NCBI RefSeq assembly: GCF_009914755.1
Contig: NC_060929.1
Length of the DNA: 64,000 bases
Strand: one strand, 5' to 3'
Source: the human T2T-CHM13v2.0 reference genome, Homo sapiens
Part shown: piece by piece, positions 1 to 15,445 of the stretch
How the letters are laid out: the number at the start of each line of letters is the position of its first letter
Position numbering within the stretch: position 1 is the first letter of the stretch
Translations under genes and position numbers: made by a program
Notes under the pieces: generated by a model
The model's input: only the letters and a program-made list of their open reading frames with translations
Told to the model about the DNA's origin: nothing
The model's database searches: none

Positions 1-3000
1 ATAAATTTAAGAAATTGAAATGATATCAAGCACTCTCTCAGACTATAATGGAATAAAACTGGAAATCAACTCCAAAAGGAACCTTCAAAACCATGCAAAT
101 ACATGGAAATTAAATAACTTGCTCTTGAATGATCACTGGGTCAAAACCGAAATCAAGATGGAAATTAAAAAATTGTTTGAACTGAATGACAATAGTGACA
201 CAGCCTATCCAAACCTCTGGGATACAGCAAAGGCGGTTCTAAGAGGAAAGTTCATAACCTTAAATGCCTACATCAAAAAGACTGAAGGAACACAAAGTGA
301 CAATTGGAGGTTATATCTCAAGGAACTAGAGAATCAAGAACAAACCAAACCCAAACCCAGCAGAAGAAAGGAAATAACCAAGATCGGAGCAGAACTAAAT
401 GAAATTGAAACAAGAAACAATACAAAGGATAAATGAAACAAAAACCTGGTTCTTTGAAAAGATAAATAAAATTATAGACCGTTAGCAAGATTAACCAAGA
501 AAAGAAGAGAGAAAATCCAAAAAACCTCAAAAAGAAACAAAACGGGAGATATTACAACTGACACCACAGAAATACAAAAGATAATTCAAGGCTCCTATGA
601 ACACCTTTACACACATAAACTAGAAAACGTAGAAGAGATGTATACATTCCTGGAAATACACAACCCTCCTAGCTTAAATAGGAAGAATTAGATACCCTGA
701 ATGACCAATAACAAGCAGCGAGACTGAAATGATAATTTAAAAACTACCAACAAAAAAAGTCTGGGACCAGAAGGATTCACAGCAGAATTCTACCAGATAT
801 TCAAAGAATTGGTACCAATCCTATTGACACCATTCCACAAGACAGAGAAAGAGGGAACCCTCCCTAAATCATTCTATGAAGTCAGCATCACTCTAATACC
901 AAAACAAGGAAAGAACATAGCCAAAAAAGAAAACTACAGATTGAATCCCTGATGAACATAGATTCTAAAGTCCTTAACAAAATGCTAGCTAACTGAATCC
1001 TACAACATATCAAAAAGATAATCCATCATGATCAAGTGGGTTTCACACCAGGGATGCAGGGGATGGTTTAACATACACAAGTCAATAAATGTGATACACT
1101 ATATAAACAGAATTAAAAATCACATGATCATCTCAATAGATGCAGAAAAAGCATTCAACAAAATCCAGCATCCGTTTATGATTGAAACTCTCAGCAAAAT
1201 TGGCATACAAGGGACATACCTCAATGTAATAAAAGCCATCCATGACAAACCCACAACCAACATAATACTGAATGGGGAGAAGTTGAAAGCATTCCCTCTG
1301 AGAACTGGAACAAGACAAGGATGCCCATTCTCACTGCATCTCTTCAACATAGTACTGGAAGTCCTAGCCAGAGCAATCAGACAAGAGAAAGAAGCAAGGG
1401 ACATCCAAATTGGTAAAAAGGAAGTCAAACTGTCACTGTTTGCTGATGATATGATCATTTACCTCAAAAACCCTAAAGACTCCTCCAGAAAGCTCCTAGA
1501 ACTGAAAGAAGAATTCAGCAAAGTTTCCAGATACAAAACTAATGTACACAGTTCAGTAGCTCTGCTATACACCAACAGTAACCAAGCAGAGAATCACATG
1601 AGGAAGTCAACCCCTTTTAGAATAGCTGCAAAAAATAAATCAATAAAATAGGAATATACCTAACCAAGGAGGTTGAAGACCTCCACAGGGAAAACTACAA
1701 AACACTGCTGAAAGAAATCACAGAAAAAAACAAACAAATGGAAACATATCCCACGTCATGGATGGGTAAAATCAATATTGTCAAAATGAGCACACTGCCA
1801 AAAGCATCTACAACTTCATTGCAATTCCCATCAAAATACCATCATTCTTCACAGAATTAGAAAAAAACAATTCTAAAATTCGTATGGAACAAAAAGAGAG
1901 TCCACATAGCCAAAGCAAGATTAAGCAAAAAGAACAAATCTGAAGGCATCACATTACCGATTTCGAATTATAGTATAAGGCCATAGTCACCAAAACAGCA
2001 TGATACTGGTATAAAAATAGGCATATAGACCAATTGAACAGAATAGAGAACCCGGAAATAAACCCAAATACTTATAGCCAACAGATCTTCAACAAAGCAA
2101 ACAAAAACATAAAGTTGGGGAAAGGACACCCTTTTTAACAAATGGTGCTGGGATAATTGGCTAGCCACATGTAGGAGAATCGAAACTGGATCCTCGTCTC
2201 TCACCTTGCACAAAAATCAACTCAAGATGGATTAAAGACTTAAATCTAAGACCTGAAACTATAAAAATTCTAGAAGATAACTTTGGAAAAACCCTTCTAG
2301 ACATTGGCTTAGGCAAGGATTTCATGACCAAGAACCCAAAAGCAAATGCAATAAAAACAAGGATAAATAGTTGGGACTTAATTAAACAAAAGAGCTTTTG
2401 CACGGCAAAAGGAACAGTCAGTAGAGTAAACAGACAAGCCACAGAGTGGGAGAAAATCTTCACAATCATACATCTGACAAAGGACTAATATCCAAAATCT
2501 ACAACTAACTCATATCAGCAAGAAAAAAACAATCCCATCAAAAAGTGGGCTAAGGACATGAATAGATACTTCTCAAAAGAAGATATGCAAATGGACAACA
2601 AATGTATGGAAAAATGCTCAACATCACTAATGATCAGGGAAATGCAAATCAAAACTGCAATACGATAGTGCCTTACTCCTGTAAGGATGACCATAGTCAA
2701 AAAAAAAAAAAAAAAAAGTAAAATAAAAAAACAATAGACGGTGGTGTGGATGTGGTGATCAGGGAACACTTCTACACTGCTGGTGGGAATGTAAACTAGC
2801 ACAACCACTATGGAAAAGTGTGGAGATTCCTTAAACAACTGAAAGTAGAACTGCCATTTGAACTGCCATTTGATCCAGCAATCCCACTACTGGGTGTCTA
2901 CCCAGAGGAAAAGAAGTTATTATACGAAAAAGATACTTGAACATGCATGTTTATAGCAGCACAATTCGCAATTGCAAAGTCGTGGAATCAACCCCAGAGC

Positions 3001-3420
3001 TCATCAATCAACAAGTGGATAAAGAAACTGTGGTAAAAGGAATGAATTAATGACATTCGCAGTGACCTGGATGAGATTGGAGACCAGTATTCTAAGTGAA
3101 GTAATTCAGGAATGGAAAAGCAAACATCGTATGTTCTCACTGATATGTGGGAGCTAAGCTACAAGGACCCAAAAGCATAAGAAAGATACAATGGACTACG
3201 GGGACTTGGGAGGAAAGAAGGGAAGGGAGCGAGGGATAAAAGACTACAAATAGGGTGTAGTGTATACTGCTCAGGTGATGGCTGCACTGAAATCTCAGAA
3301 ATCACCACTAAAGAACTTACTCATGTAACCAAACACCACCTGTACCCCAATAACTTACGGGAAAAATTTTTATATTACACATATTAAAAGTGAATAACAA
3401 TAAAAACAAAAACAAAAAGC
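1..3420 (+). mobile_element. LINE-1 (L1PB-like) 3' portion: degenerate ORF2 (endonuclease end, RT, C-terminal region), 3'UTR and A-rich tail; continues upstream of the window
   Basis: ORFs 20..436 and 1028..1651 translate to L1 ORF2 ([43 protein letters not shown]). There are multiple stops and frameshifts. The 3' end 'aagaacttactcatgtaaccaaacaccacctgtacccc' is L1PB-type. Confidence 0.95.
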
Positions 3421-4429
3421 GTAAATGTCATTTAGGCTTTCTCCTAATAATGCACATGTTAATTGGTAGGATTAAAATTAAAGCGTATTTCTGGATTCTG
3501 GTCTTTGAAAATAAAGATTACAGGGGAAAACTGGACAAACTATTTAAGACTACTGTGAAAACTGAAAAAACAGCGCCTTGACTTCATTTCCCCCTCAAAG
3601 TTGCAACATCAGCCCAGGAGTCAGAGCACTGAAAAGGCTTTAGTCTGTAGGATTAAAACCTAAAATATGTGCAACAATGAAATACATGATCTGCACACTT
3701 AGGTCAGTTTCCCTATGAGCAAACATTCCACATTGTTTCTAAAGCACTATCATCATTAATAAACTCTCATAGGCTCTTTTTATGTATAAGAATTGGTATT
3801 AGGAAGATAAATAGATACTTGCCTATTTCTACAGGAATTCTGCCATCAGAGTAGGGGATTATTTCCCATACATTCTTCATGTTTCAAGTTTTATTCACCT
3901 GCAATATTTAGGGATATTTTCATGAACATAGAATTCTATCTTGCTAATTTTACCCCAGTATTTTATAGATGGCATTTCTTTGTCTTCTGGCTTGCATTTT
4001 TTTAAATGTTACTGGTAATTCTTACCTTGTCTCTTGTATATAATGTGTCTTTTTTCATGGGTTGTTTGAATTTTTTAAAAATCATTGATGTGGCTTTCTT
4101 TATGCTTCTGATGTTTGAAGTTTGAGTTTCTTGGATCTATGGATTTATAATTTTCATAAATTTTGGAAACTTTTTGGCTGTTATTTCTTTGAGTATTTTT
4201 ATGTCCCTCTGCCTTTTTTCCTGAAACTCAAATTCTATGTGTGTTAGCCCGCTTGGTATAATTCTATGAATGAAAGGCTGTTCATTTTTGCCAGACTTTT
4301 TTGGGTGTGTGTGTCTTCTGTGCTTCAGTTTGGATAGTTAAAATTGTCCTGTTTTTAGGTTCATTGATCTTTTTATTGGCAGTGTCCTAAAATCTTTTGT
4401 TAAGCTCCTCCAGTGAATTTTCATTTCAG

Positions 4430-4434
<5 letters not shown>

Positions 4435-4476
<42 letters not shown>
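4435..4476. repeat. (TG)n microsatellite, about 21 units
   Basis: Direct reading. Confidence 0.98.
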
Positions 4477-4478
<2 letters not shown>

Positions 4479-4517
4479 CAACTGAATATATATATTCAGC
4501 TTTGAAAGTTCAGTTTA

Positions 4518-4825
4518 GGCTGGGCATGGTGGCTCATGCTTGCAATTCCAGCACTTTAGGAGGCCAAGGTGGGAGGGTCACTTGAGGACAGGAGTTAGAG
4601 ACCAGCCTAGGCAACATGTTGAAACCCTGTCTCTACAAAAAATTAAAGAAAAAAAGAAAAGCCTGGTGTGGTGGCATGTGCCTGTAGTTCCAGCTACTCA
4701 GGAGGCTGAGACAGGAGGCATAATTGATCCAGGAGTTAGAAGCTTCAGTGAGCCATGATCCTGCCACTGCACAACAGCTTGGGTGACAGAGTGAGACAGG
4801 GTGAGAGACCCCATCTCTTAAAAAC
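4518..4825 (+). mobile_element. Alu (AluJ-like)
   Basis: GGCTGGGCATGGTGGCTCA start, A-rich linker, right arm. Confidence 0.9.
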
Positions 4826-4890
4826 ATAGTTCTCTCTCTCTTTTTATGTTAATATTTTTCTTTAATTCATATTTATAATAGTTGCTTTAA

Positions 4891-5301
<411 letters not shown>

Positions 5302-5627
5302 TAATAATTTTTGATTAAATGCTAGGTATTGTGAATGACACATTGGTGCTTACCTGGATTAAAAAAGTTTTTTTAGTAGAAAAGCAGAATGGCTTGGATC
5401 ATTTATTGAAGTGGTGCCACTAATAAAGGAGAGGTGAGAGCCAGACTGGTTGGAGAAGAGCTGCCAAGAACTGGAACACTGGAGCACCTGCAGAATTTAG
5501 TCCTTTACCACAGTCAGTGCAGACAAGCTCCTGAAAGGAAATAATGCTGCTCATTGACTTGCACCTTCTTAAGACAGTCCTTTGGCTTATTAAATTAAAA
5601 CTCCAAGAGGAAAAACTACTTACTCAG

Positions 5628-5801
5628 CACTCAGGTGATGGGTGCACCAAAATCTCAGAAATCACTACTAAAGAACTTAGTTGTGTAACCAAGCACCACC
5701 TGTACCCCAATAACCTATGGGAAAATTTTTATATTCCACATATTAAAAAGTGAATAATAATAATAATAAAATAACAATATAATAAAATAAAATAATAAAT
5801 A
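5628..5801 (+). mobile_element. Short L1PB 3'-end fragment with A-rich tail
   Basis: Close match to 3270-3400 (ctcaggtgatgg...caccacctgtaccccaataac...). Confidence 0.85.
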
Positions 5802-6697
5802 AGGAAGATAAAAGGAAGACCACTGTTCCCTGAAGGTTAACTAGAACTGCTAGGGTCCTCCAAGGAGTGGATGAAGTATCCTAACAGGGCATATTGGGCA
5901 ATGCCAGCTGCAAAGAAGAGGCCACCCATTGATCCATATTTAGGGAAAAGAGAACCGTCACTAGAAAAGCACCATTTCCAACCCCACGTCACAGAGCCAA
6001 TACCCTGCTTGTGAGATGTCAGCTCTACCGTGGCAAGTGTAAAAGGCAGACCAGAAAAATAAAAAATCTACACAAAGTCAAACACCAGAGAATAAAAATA
6101 TAACAAAGACCAGAAAATTAGTGGAAATGAAGGAAGGACAGATGAAAAATACAAACCATATGGGGACAAATGAATGTTAAGAGTTTGCCCAAATGCTTTC
6201 TGCATTGACTGTTCTACTGGCATCTGCCTGAACCTGTGGCTGAGGCTTGGAAATATTTTTGCCATGTTGGTGATAGGGTTTTTAGGTCATAAAATTATGT
6301 CAATCCTGGAACTTATTCTTTGTAATAGAGACTGTCCTTGACAAATTCTCCCAGCTCTCCCAGTTCTCCCTATTACCCTTCTTTACTTAATTTATCACCA
6401 TAGGATATATGACATTTTGTATTTATTTGTTTTATGTATGTCTTTCCCAAGTAAAAAATAAGCTCCCTAAACCATGAATGTTTTTTTAACAGCACACTGA
6501 TGACATATCAACCATGAAATTGTAAAGAATTTTATGCCTTTCAAAATAAATATTGAGATGAGTATTAAACCCATTGGCTTGCTCCCCACCCCCAAATTTT
6601 CTTTAGAGAATGTTGGGTTTTGATCAGCAGGCATTTAATTTGCTTGCTCATCACCTTTATCATTTTGAGTCTTTTTCTTTTAATTAAAAAAATTTTT

Positions 6698-6855
6698 TAA
6701 GAGATGGGATTTCCTTATGTTGCTCAGGCTAAAGTGCAGGCTATTCCCAAGTGTAATCATAGTGCACTACCACCTCAAACTCCTGGGCTCAAGTAATCCT
6801 CCTGCCTCAGCCTCCAGAGTAGCTGAGACTGCAGGTGTTCACCTCCATACCTGGC
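6698..6855 (-). mobile_element. FAM (fossil Alu monomer)
   Basis: Monomer retaining the 7SL-derived segment 'ggctattcccaagtgtaatcatagtgcactac' (FAM-type ggctattcacaggcgcgatcatagcgcact). Confidence 0.75.
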
Positions 6856-7049
6856 TTCAGCCTTGTTTTTAAGCATGATTAGGATGAGTCTAGAATTACT
6901 CTAGGGCTACATTAGCCTATTTTTCCAGTGTCTTCTTTCTGGGGTCTTTGTTGATTACTCTGGGTTTTCAGCAAGTTCTTTCCACAAAGTTGGTTGAAAT
7001 TCACATTTTCCCAATCCTGTGTAAGCTTTCCTAATTGTTTATTTTTTAA

Positions 7050-7330
7050 AAACAAAGTTATGGCAAAATATGCATAACATAAAATTTACCATTTAAATAA
7101 TTTTAAAGTGTTCAGTTCAATAGCGTTAAGTATATTCACATTGCTGTGTGGCCAATCTCGAACTTTTTCATCTTGTAAAACTGAAACCCTATACCCATTA
7201 AACAACAGTCCTGCATTTTCACCTCCCCCTATCTCCTGGCAACCGCCATTCTAGTTCTGTTTATATGACTGTGACTGCTCTAGATATGTCATATCAGTGG
7301 AATCATACAGATTTGTCTTTTTGTGTATTT
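7050..7330 (-). mobile_element. Old L1M (L1MB-like) 3' end fragment
   Basis: 'cataacataaaatttaccatt...aagtatattcacattg...cctggcaaccgccattcta' motif. Confidence 0.7.
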
Positions 7331-9689
7331 GTTCAGTTTTTTTTTTTCTTCTTGCTAGTGTTTGTTATTTCCCTAGTGATTGTTCTTTGCTGGGCTTTAT
7401 GGAGTTTTACCCTACATATCCATCACATTCAGCCAGAGTCCCCAGGGGTCCCTTAGGCAGATTTCCGGAGCTCCCTCTCCGCCTAGCTCCCATACATTTC
7501 AGATGTTTCTCTTCCACACTCTGAGCTCTTTATCTGCAGCTCACAGTGACCTCTGTACTCTGTGTGGCTTCCCCTCCCCGTGCTGGGGTCTGGTTAGAGG
7601 ACTCATCTGCTTGTTTTTCTCCTCTCTAGGATCGTAGCTCTGTACTGCCTGCTGTTCAGCATCTGAAAGTATGTTTTTGGCCAGTATTTTAGTTGTTTGC
7701 AGTAGGTACAGTCGCTATTAGTACCTTTCTTGTGACATAAATCCATATGGCATACAAAAAATCTTTTTCCTCTGGTTTCTTGAGGACAGGAACTATCGCT
7801 CTCCTCCTCCCTTTTTCTACTTCTCCTCCTTCACTGTCTTCTTTATTATCTTCATAGCTACCACCGAGGGAGCTCTTTCTGCAAGCTTGTCACTGTTCTA
7901 TGCAGTATTTCATTTAGTTCTTATAACAATTCTACAAGGTTGAGTATTGTTTTACAGATAAGGGACCCAAGGCTCATATAGAAATAAAATGCTCAAGGTC
8001 TCATTGCAATATGTAGCAGAGATGAAATTCAAGCCTAAGACTTTCTCATTCCAAAGCCTTAACAGTTACACTAGTAGCTCTCATTCACTGATCACAAGAT
8101 ATTACATTTATGAGGATATACCCAGCAGGGTTCTTTTAAACAAAATAATTAATTAATGTTAAAAATTGACAAAATAGTATATCTTTATGGTGTACAATAT
8201 GATGCTTGGATATATGTAAACATTGTAGAATGCCTAAATTATGTTAATTAACACATGCATTATCTCACATAGCTTTTTGCACTGAGAACATTTAAAACAT
8301 ACTCTTTTGGCAATTTTTAAGTAGACCGTATATTTTTAGTAGCCATAGTCACCATGCTGTACCATCAGAGTTCTTGATTGGAAATGATGAAAGCCAACTC
8401 GATCAGCGGGTATTGGGTTCATTCCTAGAATCAACAAGAGTAGGGAGAACCTGGCTTGAAAGACGGGCAGGAATGAAGCGGGGCCAGGTGGCAGGAAAGG
8501 CGCCAGGGCCCTGCTCCAGGACACCGCGCCCAGGCTGCTGCTGCCATTGCCCTTGCATGTTTGGCCAGTCCCTTGCACAGCGGGTGCTGCAGCTGCCACT
8601 GCCAGAGTGAACTCTGAACTGCTCTGCCTCTTTGCAATTGTTGGTCTAGAGTGAGGGCTCCAGTTGTCTGTGGCCCAGAGGTCATGTGTCCCAGAGAACA
8701 AGCACCTCACCTTAGGGCTTCTGTGGAGGGAACTGGGGCCCTGCCTTCTATCAAGACATCTACAGTGATGAATTTCCCAAGCACATGAAGGTGGTTTACA
8801 TGCTGGGAGGCCAAGAAGACAACAGTTGATGGTCACTCCAAGGATCATATACATATTTGTAGAATGACTGGTCAGCTTGAGGCTGGCTTCTCTTTTAGAC
8901 TTACAAGGAAAAGAAAAAAAATTTTTTTTAGGTTTGCTTTCTTCTTTTCTGACAAAGCCAGCCCAGCACTTACCTCACTTTTTCTTCTCTTTTTAAAGTG
9001 CTTCTCATGTTGCAACATTGTAAGAAAGCAATCCCATAAAACCAAAGTCCTCACATTCTTTCAGCTACTTTTGTCTCTATTATGTTACAATAGTTAGATT
9101 TCAAAAATGGTAGCTACCATATCCTTGGCACTGAAACAAAGTACTTTACACACATGACCTTGTTTAGTCTTTGCAATAGCCCTAGGAGGTGTGGTGATTA
9201 ATAGTCTTAGCAGCTCTCCTTTATACATCAGGACCCTGATACTCAGAGAGGATTCAAGATCCTAGCTACTAAACAGTGCAGCTGAATTTGTGACATGTTT
9301 TCCTTTTGTTTATTTTTTTTGCTTAATTTTTTTTGAGAAATTAAAAAAATTCAGAAAAGTCCAAGGAAAAATAGAATAGACACCTGTATTTCTATCAACA
9401 AGAATTAACTGTTAATTTATATTTGTCTTCTAGCTTTCCTTTTTAAAGAGATAAAACATTAGAAAGACAGTTATGGTTTTTTTTCGTCATCTCTTTTCCT
9501 CTTCCGGTGCACTTTCAAATACTTTTGCATAATATATTTATACATTAGTAGCCAATGCATGGTATTATTTTTAACATACGTGTGCTCTTAAAGTTTTTGT
9601 AAATGATATGTGAAATTCTGCATCCTGCTTTTTTTCTGCTCATATTTTATTTTGACATCTCTCCATGTTAATTCATGTAGAGAAACAGA

Positions 9690-9950
9690 CAACAAAGTGG
9701 TTAAGATCACAGGATCTAGAGCCAGACTGCCTGGCTGGGTTGAATCCAGCCCTACTATTACTAGTTGTGTGACTTCGGACACATTTCCTGTTTTCTCTAT
9801 GCCTTAATTCCTTTATCTGTGAAATGTGGACTCTAATCATGTCTTCTTTATTAGGTTGTTGAGCAGATTGAGTTAAAAACATGCAGAACACTTAGAACAG
9901 TGCCTGACACAGGAAACACTCAATAACTGATATTTGCTGTTGTTATTAAA
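9690..9950 (+). mobile_element. MIR SINE
   Basis: Core 'gtggttaaga...ctagagccagactgcctg...tgtgtgac...tttatctgtgaaatg...cttagaacagtgcctgacac'. Confidence 0.8.
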
Positions 9951-11821
9951 GATGGCCCTGCATCCATCTGTAAGACAAATGTTGAATTGTTTATATTCAT
10001 TTCCACCAAATTCCTCTTGTTTTCTTTAGCAAGCATCACCAACATTGGTGCATGAAGGTGAACTTGAAATCACTAGCCACTGAGCAGAATTTGTCCATTT
10101 ATTCCATTGTGAGCTCTTGATAAGTATGGGCTATTGTCATTATCTTAGTCACTTCTTTTAACTCTTGCATAACCTTCCATCGTATCCATTCATTTCCTTA
10201 GGGATGGACATTTAGGTTGTTTCTTATGTTTTTCTATTAAAACCAATGCTGCAATCTTCATCCAGGTACATGTCTCCTTACACACACTTGGGCATGTAGA
10301 ATTGCTGGGTAGGGATTGAACCCAGGCCTCCTTAATGCCAAAGACCTTATGTTGCTCCCACTTACAGAGTCATATGTAGAGACAGACAGTAAATTTCGAG
10401 GGTGATGATGATCCATGGCTAATGGAAAAATTCTTCAGAGATGCACATTATCTCTAAGAGATCACTCAGAGGGACCTTTGGCGGGGGAGATATTAAAGGT
10501 CTCCTTACCTCATAAATGAACCCACAATGAATATTTAGCTGAATGCAATACATATTAAGACAAACAAAAAACGTTGTACAGGGATATTATCAACATGAAT
10601 CGTTTTTATTGCTCCCAAATTAAAGTTTATTAGAAAAAAATACTTTTTTTAATTTTTAGAAATTTTATTTATTTAATGGACATTTAATCATAGACATTTG
10701 TTGCAGAGTTGAAAGAGTGGTGATTTGTGCAGGCAAGATGCATTGAAACAGTATTTCTTTTTCAGTCTGACGTAGTAAGTCATATTACTGAGCCAAGAAC
10801 TATTTAATTGTCTGTACATCAAATAGCTCAATAAAGTATTGGATGGTATGACCAGACAAGTGGAGGGATATTTCAAAATGTCAAATTAGTGAAGAATTGT
10901 AGAGAAGGAGAAAGAAAGGAGACAGACAGGAGAAAAGAAAGGAGGACTTCATTGGTGGCAGAGGTGGGGCAGTAGCAGGAAGTACTGGCTTGAAGGAAGG
11001 AAGTTCAACACCCGAGAGAGGAAGGAAGTTCAACACCCGAGAGAGAATGGTCTGTTCTCTTATCAAGTTCATCTCCAGGGACAAACTCTATAATTTCCCC
11101 CAAGCAGACCCTTCTCAGCTTTCAGCAGCATAAAAAAAAATGTGGAAATTCAGATTTAGTCCCATTGCTTCTTCTTTGGGTCTCTGAGGACTCAGATGGC
11201 AGCCTGAAGGCAGGTCTGGGAGCTGATATGTACCTTCCTGAGGCCCCGTGGGGAGAGGACCTGTTGCAGACTCTGAGCCCTTCCCTTGGTCCTCAGTCCC
11301 CCTCCCTTTCTTTTCCCAAGTCCTTGGCCTTCCGAGGTAGAATAATGCTCTCCATTATTCCACCCAGTGCCCCAAAACACCTGCGGTGGAGCTGAGGTGC
11401 CCTGCGGTCAGAAGAGCGCCCCTGGTGGCGAGATCCGGAGCCAGCTTGCCTGATTTTGCCGTCCCAACCTGAGCTTCCTTTTCCACACCAGAGAAAGGGC
11501 GCAAATCAGAGCCCTCCTGGCCTAGAGCTGCTGAGTGGCGGGTGAAGGGCTCGGCGGTGTCTGGCGTATGCCAAGCCACATGCTTCCTGGAAAGCAGCAA
11601 GCGGAGAGTAGCCTCAGCCTGTGAAAATTCAGGGCATTGCTTTGGCTCGTCCCTGTCCCTGACCCTAACCTTAACCCTTATGTCTGAAGTAGTTTGAGAG
11701 GGAGACACAGGCCTTCCCAACAAATGGGCCCCTTTATTCTTTGAGTCGATGGGAGGCCAGGGCGGCCAGATCTCCCACTCCAGGCAGGTCAGTTCTCGTC
11801 AGGAGCAGCCTGCGTCTTTAA

Positions 11822-12145
<324 letters not shown>

Positions 12146-12173
12146 GGAGTTATCTTTAGTGACCTCAGGATTA

Positions 12174-12590
<417 letters not shown>

Positions 12591-13891
12591 ACACATTTTG
12601 AGGAAAGCTCACAGCTTAGGCATTTTGTTCTGTCTGTGTGACCCAATTACAATGAGTTAAACATTTTCCTTCTCCTTTCCTTTCTCCCTTGGCCTATTCT
12701 TCAGACAATGTCTCATTCACAATTATCCTGTCAGTCACTGTTGTGATAAGGATCACGCTTTCTATGACTAACAATAGGCAATAAATTAATAACAATATCC
12801 ACAGACATGTTTCCTGTGAAACTCCTTGGTTTCTGTTGCTACACATTTGAGTTAAAAATAAATCATTAGAAAAAGAAAGAAAGGAATAATTAGTCTACAA
12901 GAAACAAAAAAGAAATACTGCAAAATGTAAATCCCAAGCTTATAGCAAATTTCACACTAAAAAGCAATCAATTAAATAGATAACCTTTTTAATGATAATC
13001 AATATGATTTATGAAAGACCCTAAGCATACAAAATTCATGGAGGATAGAAAATGAATAGATGAAAGAACAGCGGATAAATTATACTTTATGAGTGTTAGG
13101 TCTGTTTATACCTTCTTGATAAATAGCTTTAGACATAAATTTAGAGTTTTTAAATGAAAACACAACTGAAATCCCTTCTCATTCTATTCTTTCAGGAAGG
13201 CAGGGTGGTGAGTAGATAGGACATGGGTTTTGGAGTTGATCTGCTTTAAATCCAGGCTCTAGCACACAGGTGACTGTGTGACAGGAAATGTATTATGTAT
13301 TCTACCAACTCTGCTATTTCCCGTCCATAAACCTTGCAGGCTGCTGTATGTTAGACATGCACACACAGATGTGTCCATATACAAAGGCATATCCATGCAC
13401 ACATGTATTAATAAAGTATTTAGATATGCTTCCCAAGATTCATCTGTGTATGGGATTCAGCTGATCACCCCTGACTGCATGAACATCTGGTGAATACATT
13501 ACAAACCATTCCTGCTGGTTTATAAATGGTGACAACAAATGACAATTAGAAAAGCTTATAAATACTACAAGCATTTCTAAGTCTTTACTTAATTCTAAAA
13601 AATTAGAATTTCTGTAATGTGTATAACATTAAATACTTACCATTTATTTTGATCTCAACAGTGTGTAAAGGTGTTTCTATGAATTATACATGATTCTGAC
13701 TGTCACAGGATCAACTCTTGTCTGATCTGTTAATCCCTTTGTTGTTGTCTTTTTTTTTAATTGTATTATTTTTATGCACTTATTGTTTACTCTCTCAAGA
13801 GTTCAGCCATTGGGATCATTAAACATTTGATGTATCAGGGCATAGAGGTCCCAAGCATGGACTCTGAAATCAGAGTGCTAGGGTTCAAGGC

Positions 13892-14279
13892 TGTATTAGT
13901 CCATTTTCACACTGCTATGAAGAACTGCCAGAGACTGGGTAATTTATAAAGGAAAGAGGTTTAATTGACTCACAATTCAGGATTGCTGGGGAGGCCTCAG
14001 GAAACTTACAATTCTTGTGGAAGCCGAAGGGGAAACAAGGCACCTTGTTCACAAGGCAGCAGGAAGGAGGAGTGTCAGTGAAGGGGAAAGAGCCCCTTAT
14101 GAAACCATCAGATCTTGTGAGAACTCACTCACTATCATGAGAATAGCATAGGGGAAACTGCTCCCATGAGTCAATTACTTCCACTTGTTCTCTCCTTTGA
14201 CACCTAGGAATTATGGGAATCATGGGGATTACAATTCAAGATTAAATTTGGGTGTGGACACAAAGCCTCAGCCATATCA
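13892..14279 (-). mobile_element. THE1-family MaLR solo LTR inserted into a MIR; 5-bp TSD AAGGC
   Basis: TG...CA termini; 'gagactgggtaatttataaaggaaagaggtttaattgactcac'; aaggc at 13887-13891 and 14280-14284; MIR halves on both sides. Confidence 0.92.
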
Positions 14280-14525
14280 AAGGCTCAGCTCTGCTACCTT
14301 CAAACTGTGTGACCTTGGGCAAATTGCTTAGCCTCTCTGGGCCTTAGTTTCTTCATCCACAAAAATGGCATAACATAGTCTTTTTAGGAGAACTAAATGA
14401 ATTAATCTTCATAGTGCATGGCCCTGTTCTGAACTGTAATTGCTATAAAAGTCTGAAAGAATGAAATTGTTAATTTTGCTAATGATTAAAAATGGATAAA
14501 GAAAACACTTTATTATTATATTTGT

Positions 14526-14576
14526 AACTATTAAGATACTAGTAGTAACTATTAAGATACTAGTAATAACTATTAA
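14526..14576. repeat. Short tandem repeat, 21-bp unit AACTATTAAGATACTAGTA(G/A)T, about 2.4 copies
   Basis: Direct reading. Confidence 0.8.
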
Positions 14577-15314
14577 ATTAATAGCTATTAAAATATTAAT
14601 ATAGTGTACATTATTCCTGATACAGCTATTTAAGAGAAATATCTATGTAAAGTATCTGACACACAACAGATATTCAGTAAATAGACATTTTTTATTATTG
14701 TTATTCTCTCAGGAAAGAAACTTATGCTAGGTTATATTTAAAAGGCACTGATTAGATTCAGCTCTCTCTATGGAGCTTTGAATGGAAACTTTTTTTCTTT
14801 TAAAAGTAGTGTTTTCAGGTTCAGGAAAAACGTGATGACTAAACTGAGTCCTGTTAATGTGTCAAAGCCAAGTCATCACGTGTCCTGGGTGGCAGGAGGG
14901 CAGGAGGCCCTGTGTGGCAGATGGGTGATTGGAGTAGTATGAGTAGGTGGCAGGGGCCTTTGAGGCTTTTGTCCTCCTGCTCTGGTTTTCTTATCACTCC
15001 TTCAGGTCCTATTTCAGAGTGGAGCAGCAGCCTTGAGAACTATCTGCCTAGGGTGGCTAGTGATGAGGCCGTCTAGATGGTGGCAGCATGGCAGTGGATG
15101 ACAGTGGATGGCAGTGGATGGTGGCTTCCAAGCTGTTACCTACCCTGGCCTCCTTGCATAGAGATGGTCACAGGAAGCATTGCCGAGCTGTGTGACAAAG
15201 ACCCAGGCTCTACCACTCAGAAGTTGTGTGGCTACCTAACTTTTCTGAGCCCTAATGTCCTCATCTGAAAATGGGAGAGTAATTCCTACTGCTTGATTTA
15301 AATGAGAAATGTCG

Positions 15315-15445
15315 GCTGGGTGCGGTGGCTCATGCCAGTAATCCTAGCACTGTGGGAGGCCAAGGCAGGAAGATCCCTCGAGCCCAGGAGTTTGAGACCA
15401 GCCTGTGAGCAACACTGGGAGACCCTGTCTCTATTAAAAAAAAAT
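15315..15445 (+). mobile_element. Alu left monomer (FLAM-like)
   Basis: Single arm followed by an A-run. Confidence 0.85.

Noticed and set aside
20-1651. L1 ORF2-like ORFs as functional genes
   Set aside because: Fragments of a decayed L1 with many stops and frameshifts
2848-2871. 12-bp tandem duplication GAACTGCCATTT within the L1
   Set aside because: Trivial slippage event in a dead element
11651-11680. Interstitial telomeric sequence
   Set aside because: Only one perfect CCCTAA unit; too short to call
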